A DNA stretch of 64,000 bases from Nocardioides sp. (GCA_039916425.1 JBDSLK010000180.1:2383-66382); one strand, 5' to 3'. Shown: positions 9,388 through 18,600, counted from the first letter of the stretch. Numbers and translations: made by a program. Notes: a model not told the origin generated them from the letters alone.

Positions 9388-9696
9388 GTGTCCCTTGTCC
9401 CTCTCGGCCTCGACTTCGATGCCGCGTCCCGCGTCCTGGCGGTCACCGGCGACGTCGACGAGGCACAGGCGGCCGATCTTCGGGTCGCTATCGACGAGCA
9501 CAGCGGCGGCTGCACGACCGACCTGGTCGTCGACCTCAGTGCCGTGACGTACCTACCCAGCGCAGCGGTCGGCGTCCTTGCCCGCGCGAGCCAGAGGTTC
9601 GAGACGGTAGGCACCACCTTCGAGTTGGCAGTCGCCGCGGGGTCGGTGGCCCAAAGGGTCTTGCAGGTCTGCGCGATGCCGCACCGCTCGTACTGA
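9388..9696 (+). CDS. STAS-domain anti-sigma factor antagonist
   Basis: VTGDVD...LVVDLSAVTYLPSAAVGVL pattern with the phosphorylatable Ser; 102 aa. Confidence 0.88.
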   Translation: MSLVPLGLDFDAASRVLAVTGDVDEAQAADLRVAIDEHSGGCTTDLVVDLSAVTYLPSAAVGVLARASQRFETVGTTFELAVAAGSVAQRVLQVCAMPHRSY

Positions 9697-10058
9697 GCCG
9701 GGGGACTCATGGCCACGCTCCGACGAGCGGCGGCCAACTGAGGCTCCGGCGACGACACCAGGCACCAACCTCCGGACGACTCTAGGGCGAACGCGGGAAA
9801 TCGGAGCCCGCGAGTCCAGTGTGCGAGCGGCGAGGCTCTTGCGGGCCCACCCGTGGGGGTGGTTGTCGCACTTATGTCCGGCCGAGCCAGGCTTGTGGTG
9901 ACGTTCTGCTGCACCGCCTTGGGGACCTCCGAGATCGTTGACGAGAACCAGCTCTCGGCCTCGGAGGACAAGGCGCACCGACGTCGCCCGGACAGCGACG
10001 CCCCCGTATCAGCCAGGCGGGCTCGCTACCAGGGGGCGCTCGTACTAGTACCAATGTC

Positions 10059-10091
10059 CCAACATGAACTACTGGTGAACTGTTGGTAAAC
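10059..10091 (-). promoter_or_regulatory. Three in-phase 11-nt PHO-box-like direct repeats
   Basis: The minus strand reads GTTTACCAACA GTTCACCAGTA GTTCATGTTGG, matching the Streptomyces PhoP unit core GTTCA at 11-nt spacing. Confidence 0.6.
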
Positions 10092-10205
10092 CGTGCAGAG
10101 TGACCGAGGAACGGGAGCGCGGACGACAGGAAGGGGGTCGGCCACACACGGGTCATGCTGCGCCGTCGCGCCACTGATGTCTCCACCACAGCGAGGAAGC
10201 AACGG

Positions 10206-10958
10206 ATGCAGGCAATTATCCTGGCCGCGGGACAAGGTCGACGGCTACGTGACCCACGAGGTCGACCCAAGTGCCTGCGGGAGGTGGGCGGGCTCCCCCT
10301 GGTGCACCACCAGATTCGCGCGCTGAACGCGTTCGGTGTCGACGACGTGTCCATCGTGGTCGGCTACCAGCAGCAGCAGATCCGCTCCTGCGTGGGCTCC
10401 GCAGCGGGCTACGTGGTCAACCCGCGATACGCCGAGACCAACAGCATGTACTCCTTCCTGCTCGCCGGGAAGATCATCCATGACGACCTGATCGTGATGA
10501 ACTCAGACCTGTTCTTCCATCCGAGTCTCGTCCGGCGGCTCCTCGAACCCGGCGACGACGCCCTGCTCTACGACTCTGGTTCGGGGCAGGAGGCCGAGCA
10601 GATGAAGGTCCGCGTTGCCGGTGACCGCCTCGTGGAGATGTCCAAGGTGATGAGCAGCGACCGGGTCAGCGGCGAGAACGTCGGCATCTTGAGCCTGAGC
10701 CTGCCGACCGCCCAGCAGGCGATCAGGGCGGCATCCACCATCGCCGCGAGGGGCTTCGAACGTGCCTGGCTGGCCTCCGCGATCAACAAGATCGCCCCGG
10801 CCCACCCGATCCGCTGCCTGGACGTGGCAGGCGCACCGTGGGTCGAGATCGACTTCCCCGAGGATCTCGAACGTGCCCGGGTCGAGGTCCTTCCGGGCGT
10901 CGCCACCTTCGACGACGAGCTGGTCGGCAGCCAACGTGCCTCGGGGGGGTTCTCATGA
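10206..10958 (+). CDS. Phosphocholine/phosphonate cytidylyltransferase-like NTP transferase (LicC/PntC family)
   Basis: MQAIILAAGQGRRL..RPKCL, NPRYAETNSMYS, MNSD, GENVGI, WVEIDFPEDL. RBS GAGGA upstream of ATG 10206. Confidence 0.85.
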   Translation: MQAIILAAGQGRRLRDPRGRPKCLREVGGLPLVHHQIRALNAFGVDDVSIVVGYQQQQIRSCVGSAAGYVVNPRYAETNSMYSFLLAGKIIHDDLIVMNSDLFFHPSLVRRLLEPGDDALLYDSGSGQEAEQMKVRVAGDRLVEMSKVMSSDRVSGENVGILSLSLPTAQQAIRAASTIAARGFERAWLASAINKIAPAHPIRCLDVAGAPWVEIDFPEDLERARVEVLPGVATFDDELVGSQRASGGFS

Positions 10959-12025
10959 GGATCCTCTTCTCCGGCTACGCTCCCGTGCACTTCTTGTGCT
11001 TCAAGCCCTTGTACGACGAGCTGACGGCGACGCCCGGCGTGAAGGTGCATCTGTCCGGTGGGACGCGATCAAAGTCGCCGCACGCTCCGGGCGGATACCT
11101 CTTCGACCACGAGTCGATGTACCGGCACTTCGACCTGCCCGAGGACGCCGTGCGCTCGGTGGGCAGCCTCGCCAAGGCCGACTACGACGTGCTGTTCGCC
11201 GCGAACACCCGCCGGCTCGAGCCGCGCCGGGTGCAGTGGCGGGTGCAGATCTTCCACGGCATGTCCTTCCGCAACCGTGCGATCCGGCCCGAGACCGACG
11301 GGGCGGACCGCTACTTCCTGCTGGGGCCCTACATGAAGCGTGGCTTCGAGGCCGCCGGAATCATCTCCGCCGACGACCCCAGAGCCGTCGACATCGGCTT
11401 CCCCAAGACCGACCGCCTCCTCGACGGTTCCCTCGACCGCGCCCGGATGCTCGCCCTGCACGGGGTGAGCGGGCAACGCCCGATCGTGCTCTACGCGCCA
11501 ACCGGCGAGCGGCACAACTCGATGGAGACCATGGGCGAGGACCTGATCGCGAAGCTGGCCTCGGTCGACCGCTACGACATCCTGGTCAAGCCGCACGACC
11601 ACCCCCACACCACGGTCGACTGGTGGGAGCGGTTGGCACCCCTGGAGAGCGAGCACGTGCGGCTGGTCCGCGAGCCGGACGTGATCCACACCCTCTCGAT
11701 CGCGGACCTGCTGATCACCGACGCCTCGTCGGTAGCAAACGAGTACGCCCTGCTCGACCGGCCGATCGTGTTCATCGACGTACCCGAGCTGCTCGAGCTG
11801 ACCCTGAAGAAAGGCGCCCGCCTGGACCTGGAGACCTGGGGGCGCAAGGGTGGTCAGGTGGTGGCGGACATCCCCGAGGCGCTGGACGCCGTGGAGGCAG
11901 GGCTGGCCTACCCGCACGAACGCTCAGAGATCCGGCGCGCCCTCGTGAACGACCTGTTCTTCAACCCCGGGCGGGCAACGTCGGCGGCCCTGCGATGGAT
12001 GCGCGACGAGCTGGCCCTGGCGTGA
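10955..12025 (+). CDS. CDP-glycerol glycerophosphotransferase (TagB/TagF)-like protein
   Basis: QIFHG, IGFPKTD, VLYAPT, LVKPH, ADLLITDASSVANEYALLDRPIVF. ATGA overlap with the upstream gene. Confidence 0.85.
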   Translation: MRILFSGYAPVHFLCFKPLYDELTATPGVKVHLSGGTRSKSPHAPGGYLFDHESMYRHFDLPEDAVRSVGSLAKADYDVLFAANTRRLEPRRVQWRVQIFHGMSFRNRAIRPETDGADRYFLLGPYMKRGFEAAGIISADDPRAVDIGFPKTDRLLDGSLDRARMLALHGVSGQRPIVLYAPTGERHNSMETMGEDLIAKLASVDRYDILVKPHDHPHTTVDWWERLAPLESEHVRLVREPDVIHTLSIADLLITDASSVANEYALLDRPIVFIDVPELLELTLKKGARLDLETWGRKGGQVVADIPEALDAVEAGLAYPHERSEIRRALVNDLFFNPGRATSAALRWMRDELALA

Positions 12026-13044
12026 CGACGACGGCCGGGGCAGGTGAGCCGCGCCTTCGGACGCGTCGTGACAGGTTGGCCGTGATCGGTACCCGGCTCG
12101 GGCCTTTCGCCCGTCCGCACCGGCGCCGACTGGTTACGGCTCTGGCTGCCTCGGTTTTCGTGACCATGGCTCAGCTAGCCATGCCGTGGCCGCTGAGCTG
12201 GATCGTGGACCTGGCGTCCCCCGGTCGGGTCAGCCGCTCGGCACCACCCGCCTGGCTGCCGACCGGCGGCATCCCCGCCTGGTGGCCGACGTTGGCCCTC
12301 GTGCTGATCGGGGTGGTGCTCGGTGGGAGCGAGTTCCTGCAACGGGTGGCCGTGGCCAAGTACGTCGTCCGCAGCGTCAACGACGGACGCGTCGGCATCT
12401 TGACCAGCTCCTTGCGGACCGACTCGACCAAGCGCAAGCGAGACCCCGGTGATGTTGTCACCCGTGTGGTCGGCGACACGGCGCGGCTACGCGTCGGCAT
12501 GAAGGGCGCGCTCGTGCACATCCTCCAGCACGGGCTCTTCCTGGTCGGAGTCTCGGTCGTGCTGCTCGCGCTCGACGTCTGGCTGGGCCTTGCCTACCTC
12601 GCTGGTCTGACCGTAGCTCTGGGTCTGGCCGTGGTGGGCGCCGACCGGACCGCGACGCTGTCTCGCCGCCAGCGCGGTCGGGAGAGCCGGGTCGTCGATG
12701 TGGCGATGCGCGCCGCGACGGCGCCCGGGGAGGAGGTGGTCGCCAAACCTGTCGACCGCGAGCGCTCGGTTGCGATCATCAGCCAGGTCAAGGGACGCAC
12801 GGCCGTCGCGGTGCAAGGAGTCCTCGCCCTCACGGCATGCCTGGTGCTGACACTGGCCGTGCGCTTCGCCGGGGAGGGCCGGCTCGGCACCGGCGACGTC
12901 GCCCTGGTCTCGTCGTACCTGCTGATGCTGCACTACCCCATGATGCGCATGGGCCGCCAGATCACCCGGCTGGGACCCCAGCTCACCAGTGCCGAGCGCC
13001 TGGCCCGCCTGGCCCCGGCCCGCCCCCAGGGCGACGCACCGTGA
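12022..13044 (+). CDS. ABC exporter transmembrane domain only (no NBD)
   Basis: LAMPWPLSWIVD, GDVVTRVVGDTARL, six hydrophobic segments, ends TSAERL with no ATPase domain. GTGA overlap. Confidence 0.8.
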   Translation: MTTTAGAGEPRLRTRRDRLAVIGTRLGPFARPHRRRLVTALAASVFVTMAQLAMPWPLSWIVDLASPGRVSRSAPPAWLPTGGIPAWWPTLALVLIGVVLGGSEFLQRVAVAKYVVRSVNDGRVGILTSSLRTDSTKRKRDPGDVVTRVVGDTARLRVGMKGALVHILQHGLFLVGVSVVLLALDVWLGLAYLAGLTVALGLAVVGADRTATLSRRQRGRESRVVDVAMRAATAPGEEVVAKPVDRERSVAIISQVKGRTAVAVQGVLALTACLVLTLAVRFAGEGRLGTGDVALVSSYLLMLHYPMMRMGRQITRLGPQLTSAERLARLAPARPQGDAP

Positions 13045-14669
13045 GCCGCCAGGTCGCCACGCTGTCCTCGACAGCCACCCTGTGCGGGACCACGCCCGCC
13101 AGCATGATCGGCGGGAGCGACCAGCACGCGAGACTCGCCGCGGCCCGGGCCGCCGGCGCACACGCCTTCGTCGCTGAGCTTCCGGAGGGCTACCACACGC
13201 CGGTCGGACACGGTGGTGTGGTGCTCACGGCGTCGCAGCGGCTTCGGCTCGTCGTCGCAGGGATGATCGCGGCGGATCCGCCGGTCATCGTGGTCGATGA
13301 TCCCACCGCCGGGCTCGACCGTACCGGTGAGACGGCGGTCCTGCCCGGGCTGGAGTCCCTCCTCCGAGGCCGTGAGGTCCGGGTACTGCGAGCCTCCCCT
13401 GCGGTACGCGCCGCGATCACCCGCGCCAGGTCAGCCCCGCAGGGGACACCGCCACCTCCGCCCATCCTGGCGCGCCTTCCGGAGGACCCCGGTCTGCCCT
13501 CGCTGTCGCGTCTCCTCGACGCCTCCGAGATGGCACCGCTGCTCGGCGGACTCCTGGGGGGTCAGTGCGTCGACGTACGCGTGCACTCGACCCGGTACAA
13601 GCCCGGCGACAACATCGTGGTCGAGTACGGCGTTCTGACTCCTTCCGGCTGGTCGACGGCGGTCGCCTACGCACACGCCGGTTCCAAGCTCCCGCGGAAG
13701 CTGAAGAACCCGGGCCACCGCAAGCTGGCGCGACGCGTGGCCGACCGGGTCCCGGCGGCCAGGCCCTTCGTACTCCTGCCCGAGGTGTCGGCGCTGGTGC
13801 AGTGGATGCCGCTGGACGTGCGTCTGCCCGTGCTCGCCGACGATGCCCAACGGCTGACCGCTCGACTGGCCAAGAAGGGCATCCTGGTCTCCGCGGCCGA
13901 ACCGGAGCTCCTTCGCTACTGGCCGCGGCGGCGCGCCGTCCTCCGGTTCGGCCCCTACGTCCTCAAGCTCTACCGCGAACCCGGGGACTTCGACCAGGCA
14001 CATCGGAATCTTCGTGCCTCGGCGTCGCTGCAGCAGCTCCGGACCCCGGGCTACAAAGGCAAGCTGAAGGGCCGCCAGGTCACCGTGCAGGAGTGGATCC
14101 CCGGCGGCGCGCCGTCCTTGGCACCCGCTTCGTCGGATCCCGCCGGCGCGATCCTGGCCGACCTGCATGGCGCCACGTCGCCGGCGCTGCGCACGACGAC
14201 GCCGGAGGCGCTGCTCGCCAAGGCAGCATCGCGCGCAGACTTCGTCGTTCATCTGCTGCCGGTGCTGCGGCGCGAGGTCGCAGCGCTGCTTGACGACCTC
14301 GAGGCGAAGGCACCGCACGGGGGACCGCTGGTGACCAGCCACGGCAACTTCCACGCAGGCCAGCTGCTGGCGGACCCCGTGTTGGGGATGGCGATGATCG
14401 ACTTCGATCGGCTGTGTCTCGCCTCTCCTGCCTATGACGTCTCGTCGTTCGCCGCCCACGTGGCGTTCGGGCGGCCGGGCGACCGCGCCGTGGTGAGCGC
14501 GGCGATCGACAGCCTGGTTGCCGGATACGGAGCCCGCCCGGTCGATCTCGAGTGGTACCTCTCCATCGCCTTGCTGCGCCGCGCGGCCGTGCCCTTCCGC
14601 TTCCAGGACGAGCACTGGCCCGACGCCGTGGCCGAGCTCGTCGACCATGCTCGGGCGGTGCTGCCATGA
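13041..14669 (+). CDS. Fusion of a C-terminal half ABC NBD and an aminoglycoside/choline phosphotransferase-like domain
   Basis: AAGAHAFVAELPEGYHTPVG...LTASQRLRL...VIVVDDPTAGLD (NBD second half, no Walker A), then RYKPG, VLKLY, HGNFHAGQ, IDFD. Confidence 0.8.
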   Translation: MSRQVATLSSTATLCGTTPASMIGGSDQHARLAAARAAGAHAFVAELPEGYHTPVGHGGVVLTASQRLRLVVAGMIAADPPVIVVDDPTAGLDRTGETAVLPGLESLLRGREVRVLRASPAVRAAITRARSAPQGTPPPPPILARLPEDPGLPSLSRLLDASEMAPLLGGLLGGQCVDVRVHSTRYKPGDNIVVEYGVLTPSGWSTAVAYAHAGSKLPRKLKNPGHRKLARRVADRVPAARPFVLLPEVSALVQWMPLDVRLPVLADDAQRLTARLAKKGILVSAAEPELLRYWPRRRAVLRFGPYVLKLYREPGDFDQAHRNLRASASLQQLRTPGYKGKLKGRQVTVQEWIPGGAPSLAPASSDPAGAILADLHGATSPALRTTTPEALLAKAASRADFVVHLLPVLRREVAALLDDLEAKAPHGGPLVTSHGNFHAGQLLADPVLGMAMIDFDRLCLASPAYDVSSFAAHVAFGRPGDRAVVSAAIDSLVAGYGARPVDLEWYLSIALLRRAAVPFRFQDEHWPDAVAELVDHARAVLP

Positions 14670-15712
14670 GCCTGCTTCGCTCGACCACCGGTCAGTCACC
14701 CAGTGGCGGTGCACCGACCGAACCTCGGATCCGCCCGCTCCGTGACGGGCTGCTGCCGTACACGCGCCGGCACCGGGGGATGGTCCGTCGCGGACTGGCG
14801 TTCAGCTGTCTGCTGGTCGGCGCCAGGCTTGCCCTCCCACTTCCCCTGACCCAGGTCGTGGCCAGCTCCACGACGCCGGGCGCGGGACAGGGGTCCTCCG
14901 GTCCGATCGCCCTGCTGTCGGCCTCTTTCGTGGGACTCGCTCTCGTCGCCGGGATCGCCGAGCACTTCCAGCGCCTCGCGTTCGCCCACTTCGCCGGCCG
15001 CAGCATCGGCGATGCGCGTGCCGCCGCCCTGACTCGGGTGCAGGGCGACGGAGGTGAGGCGTCGGTGCACCTCACGGCGCAGGTGATCGGTGACTGCATG
15101 CGGGTCAAACAGGGACTCAAAGGGTTCCTCAACCACATCACCGTCAACGGGCTGCTGGTCGTCGGCATCTGCGTCGTGCTCGCCTTCACCGACCTGACCG
15201 TCGGCCTGGTGACGATCGCCGGGGCCGCCGTACTCGGCCTCGTCGCCCTGACGGGCGCGCGTTGGGTCGGTGTGGTGGCGGCCGAGCACCGGCAGGACGA
15301 GGTGGCACTCGCCGGATCGGTCCACGTCCTCGTCGCCGGAGCCCAGGCGGGCGACCAGAGCGAGGCACTGGCTGCGCTGCGCCAGATCGACTCGGAGAGC
15401 GGCGATGCCGACATCGCGATGACGAGGTGGGAGGGGTTGACCACCTGGGTCGGCCACATCGTCCTGGTCATCACAGCAGCAGCCGCTCTCCTCCTCGGTG
15501 TGCAATCGGTGGAGGCTCGAAGCATGAGCACCAGCACCCTGTTCGCAGTGATGGCCTATCTGCTGATGCTGCAGGGCCCCGCGATCCGGTGCGCGCGTCA
15601 GATCGCTCGCACGGCGCAGCTACTGGTTAGCGCCCGTGAGCTCGCCGCTGTGCTGCTTGCTCCCGTGGCACCCGGCGAGCCGACCGACCCAGGCACCTCC
15701 ATCGTGGACTGA
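14666..15712 (+). CDS. Second ABC exporter transmembrane domain only
   Basis: ARLALPLPL, LTAQVIGDCMRVKQGL, hydrophobic helices, ends VSARELAAVL. Paralogous to 12022..13044. ATGA overlap. Confidence 0.78.
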   Translation: MSLLRSTTGQSPSGGAPTEPRIRPLRDGLLPYTRRHRGMVRRGLAFSCLLVGARLALPLPLTQVVASSTTPGAGQGSSGPIALLSASFVGLALVAGIAEHFQRLAFAHFAGRSIGDARAAALTRVQGDGGEASVHLTAQVIGDCMRVKQGLKGFLNHITVNGLLVVGICVVLAFTDLTVGLVTIAGAAVLGLVALTGARWVGVVAAEHRQDEVALAGSVHVLVAGAQAGDQSEALAALRQIDSESGDADIAMTRWEGLTTWVGHIVLVITAAAALLLGVQSVEARSMSTSTLFAVMAYLLMLQGPAIRCARQIARTAQLLVSARELAAVLLAPVAPGEPTDPGTSIVD

Positions 15713-16122
15713 GCTGAGGACAGCGAGCGCTGGGCCGCCCGCACCTGACCCGGCCCAGACGCCTCGACGGCGTCTTGTGGATGCCGAGGTGCACCGAGTT
15801 CTTCCGCATGGCGGGGTGGCCAAGGACGCCAACCCGGCATCAGCCATCCAGCAGACCCGGGACCTGAGGGCTTGAGGCGCCTCGGCAAACGGGTTTCCAC
15901 AGAAGACCCATCACCGTCTGAGTGCTGTCGGACTGCCGGACATGGTTCCCGGCAACGCACCCTGACCCGAATGTGGAAGCTGTCAACCAGGTCCACGCCG
16001 TGAGGTCCTTCGTCTCCCCCGTGTGGAGCGGGCCACCTTGCTGTGCCTCGTTCCCGGATGTTCCCTGACACGCAGACGCACCAACGAGCACGGCTGCACG
16101 GAGCACCAGTCTTGTCTTCACC

Positions 16123-16148
16123 GGCTGGCTGGCTGGCTGGCTGGCTGG
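16123..16148. repeat. (GGCT)6 tetranucleotide simple repeat
   Basis: ggctggctggctggctggctggctgg read directly. Confidence 0.9.
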
Positions 16149-16184
16149 TCGGGCGTCGGTCGATGACGGACGGACGCGGTGGGC

Positions 16185-17027
16185 TCAGGTCAGCTCGACC
16201 AGGGCCGCGGAGCGCTCCCACAGGCCGTCGATGATCGACTGGTCATGGGCCTGCTTGTTCTCACGGCCGTGAGGGTGGAAGCGGCTGAAGTAGCACCCGT
16301 CGATCTCTGGGTCGGGGCCGCGCTCGGCGAGGGCGATCAGCGGTGCCGCTCCGTCAGCGACGCTGATCGTGGCCAGCCGCTTCAGTGGGGAGCGGTAGAG
16401 GAGGCCGACGAGCCACGAGTCGCGGCCGAACGAGCTGCCCACCGGGCCGGGGTGGACGGCCACCGCGACGACGCCGTCATCGGCCCAACGCTGGCTGATG
16501 CCGCGGGTGAAGACGATGTTCATCAGCTTGCCGGTCCCGTAGGCCGGGAACTCGATAGCCCGACGGCGGTCGTGGTCGAGGTCGTCGAGCACGATCCTGC
16601 CGATCAGGTTGCCGATGCTGGAGGTGTTGACGACCAGCGACGAGCCGGCGGCCGCGAGCTGGGGGCGGAGCAGGTTGGTGAGCAGGAACGGCGCCAGGTG
16701 GTTGACCTGGAAGTTGGGCTCGTGGCCGTCGTGGGTCCTCCTCGACGGAGCGAAGGTGCCGCCGGCGTTGTTCATCAGCACGTCGAGGGTCTCCGCGCGC
16801 TCGCCGACCCGGGCGGCCAGGCGGCGGACGTCGTCGAGCCGGGAGAAGTCGGCGACGAGCGGCTCGGTGCCGACTGCCTCGGCGACGGGCCGGAGCTTGT
16901 CGGCGGAGCGTCCGGTCACGTGGACGGTCGCCCCTTTGGCGGCCAGCTCGCGAGCGGTCGCGGCCCCGATCCCGTCGCTCGCCCCGGTCACCAGGACCGT
17001 GCGGCCCACCATCGTCTGCTCGCTCAT
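16185..17027 (-). CDS. SDR family NAD(P)-dependent oxidoreductase (retinol dehydrogenase-like)
   Basis: TGASDGIG, NNAG, VNHLAPFLLT, YGTGK (YxxxK), VHPG. Confidence 0.92.
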   Translation of the reverse strand: MSEQTMVGRTVLVTGASDGIGAATARELAAKGATVHVTGRSADKLRPVAEAVGTEPLVADFSRLDDVRRLAARVGERAETLDVLMNNAGGTFAPSRRTHDGHEPNFQVNHLAPFLLTNLLRPQLAAAGSSLVVNTSSIGNLIGRIVLDDLDHDRRRAIEFPAYGTGKLMNIVFTRGISQRWADDGVVAVAVHPGPVGSSFGRDSWLVGLLYRSPLKRLATISVADGAAPLIALAERGPDPEIDGCYFSRFHPHGRENKQAHDQSIIDGLWERSAALVELT

Positions 17028-17058
17028 GGCGCCAGCCTAGGGCGCGGCACCCGGGGGC

Positions 17059-17493
17059 CTAGCCCCAGCGGCCCGGGACGCGCAGGTCCGGGGGAGGGGG
17101 TGGGTCGTCGCGCCGGCGTCCGGTGTCTCCCTCATCGTCGACGGGGTGGGCGTCGAGGTCGAGTCGGCCCTCCTGCATCGCCTCGATGTCCTCGTCGGAG
17201 GTCTGCTCGACGCGGTCCTGGGACGTCACGGTCTCGCGCTCCTCGGGGCTGAGCCGCTCGAGGCCCTGCTCGAGGTTGTCGAGATTGGTCTGCGCCATCG
17301 ACCAGAAGGACGGATGTTCGAAGACCCGCCGCACGCTGGTCCGTCCGGCGAGCACGTCGACCACCAGCGCCCGCAGGTCCGGGTCGTCGGTGCGACGGGC
17401 GATCACCGCCATCGTGGCGCGCAGGTCGCGGGCCTGTCGGGCGTCCCCGCGCGTCATCTGGTCGATGCCGGAGAAGTCGTGCTGCTCGGTCAC
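17059..17493 (-). CDS. Small acidic helical hypothetical protein downstream of the WXG100-like gene
   Basis: Good codon bias; begins 10 bp after the WXG100-like stop; acidic Pro-rich C-terminus. Confidence 0.7.
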   Translation of the reverse strand: MTEQHDFSGIDQMTRGDARQARDLRATMAVIARRTDDPDLRALVVDVLAGRTSVRRVFEHPSFWSMAQTNLDNLEQGLERLSPEERETVTSQDRVEQTSDEDIEAMQEGRLDLDAHPVDDEGDTGRRRDDPPPPPDLRVPGRWG

Positions 17494-17502
17494 CGGGACA
17501 CC

Positions 17503-18600
17503 CTACGAGGTGGCGCCGTTGGCGTACGGCGCCGGCGGGAAGGCCGCCTCCAGGGAGCCGTCCTTGAACGCCGAGGCGATGTAGACCGTCAACCCGAGGA
17601 AGCTCTCGACGACGGTCGTCACGCGGCTGGTGTACTTGATGAACAGTGCGACCGCGTCCTTGGTGACCCACACCTGGTAGGCGCCGACGAGACCGGCGAT
17701 CACGTTGATGCCCGGGACGGTGGACAGGCAGCCCGCCGCCGCCAGCTTGGCCGCGCAGATGAGCAGCTGGTCGATGGCGTTGGCGAGCGCGCTGCCGAGC
17801 AGCTCGGCCACCTGGGTGCAGGCCTGCACCAGCAGGGCGTACTTCTCGCCGAGGGTGTCTAGCTCGCCGGCGTGGCCGTGCAGGGCGCCGGCGAACTCCT
17901 CGAAGTACGACGTAGCAGCGGTCGCGGCGTTGCCGGTCCACTCACCGCCCATGGTCGACAGCCCGGCGCTCATCGTGGACGCTGCCTGGCGCTCGAACGC
18001 GGCAAGCGCCTCGAGGGCGTGACCGGCCTGCGCGAGCTCGCTGTAGTCACCCAGGACCGCCTCGTTGAGCTCCTTGACCGGGTCGAGGCCGAAGAGTTGG
18101 GCGATCTTGAGCACCGTCCCGGCGATGGAGAGCCACCCCGCCTTGTCGATGACCCAGTGCACCATGTCAGGGATGGGGGCGTCCTTGGACGGGACGCCGT
18201 GCAATTGCGGGGTGGGGTCGACCAGCCCACTGGACCCTGACGGCACGTCGTGGAGCCCGCTGACCCCGGACCGCTGCCCGTACGCCGCGTCCGCGGCCCG
18301 CGCGGCCTCGGTGTCGGTGGTCCGGTAGGCCTGCGCCGCGCTCTCCAGGGCCGCTGCCGAGGCGGCGTACAGGGTGCCGATCCTGGGCAGCAGACCCTGC
18401 AGGTGGCTGACGACCTCGCGGTTGGCGACGTAGACCTCGTAGAAGAGGTCGCCGTCGTCGGCGGGAACCGGCACGTAGCTGTTGACGTAGCCCAGTGCCG
18501 TGCCGGAGAAGGCGCGCTCGAGGTTCACCGCGTGCCCGCCCACACCGAGCACCCCGGCGTAGGTGTCGAGGGCCGACGGTTTCACGGCGAAGTGGCTCAT
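17503..18600 (-). CDS. WXG100-like / type VII secretion substrate-like protein
   Basis: ATG 18600 with RBS GGAG. N-terminal FAVKPSALDTYA...AAQAYRTTD (YxxxD/E). Second helical domain with GGEWTGNAATAA (WxG). Confidence 0.75.
   Translation of the reverse strand: MSHFAVKPSALDTYAGVLGVGGHAVNLERAFSGTALGYVNSYVPVPADDGDLFYEVYVANREVVSHLQGLLPRIGTLYAASAAALESAAQAYRTTDTEAARAADAAYGQRSGVSGLHDVPSGSSGLVDPTPQLHGVPSKDAPIPDMVHWVIDKAGWLSIAGTVLKIAQLFGLDPVKELNEAVLGDYSELAQAGHALEALAAFERQAASTMSAGLSTMGGEWTGNAATAATSYFEEFAGALHGHAGELDTLGEKYALLVQACTQVAELLGSALANAIDQLLICAAKLAAAGCLSTVPGINVIAGLVGAYQVWVTKDAVALFIKYTSRVTTVVESFLGLTVYIASAFKDGSLEAAFPPAPYANGATS

Noticed and set aside
9700-10050. Short ORFs on both strands between the STAS gene and the LicC-like operon
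   Set aside because: No motifs, RBS or codon bias. Treated as intergenic.
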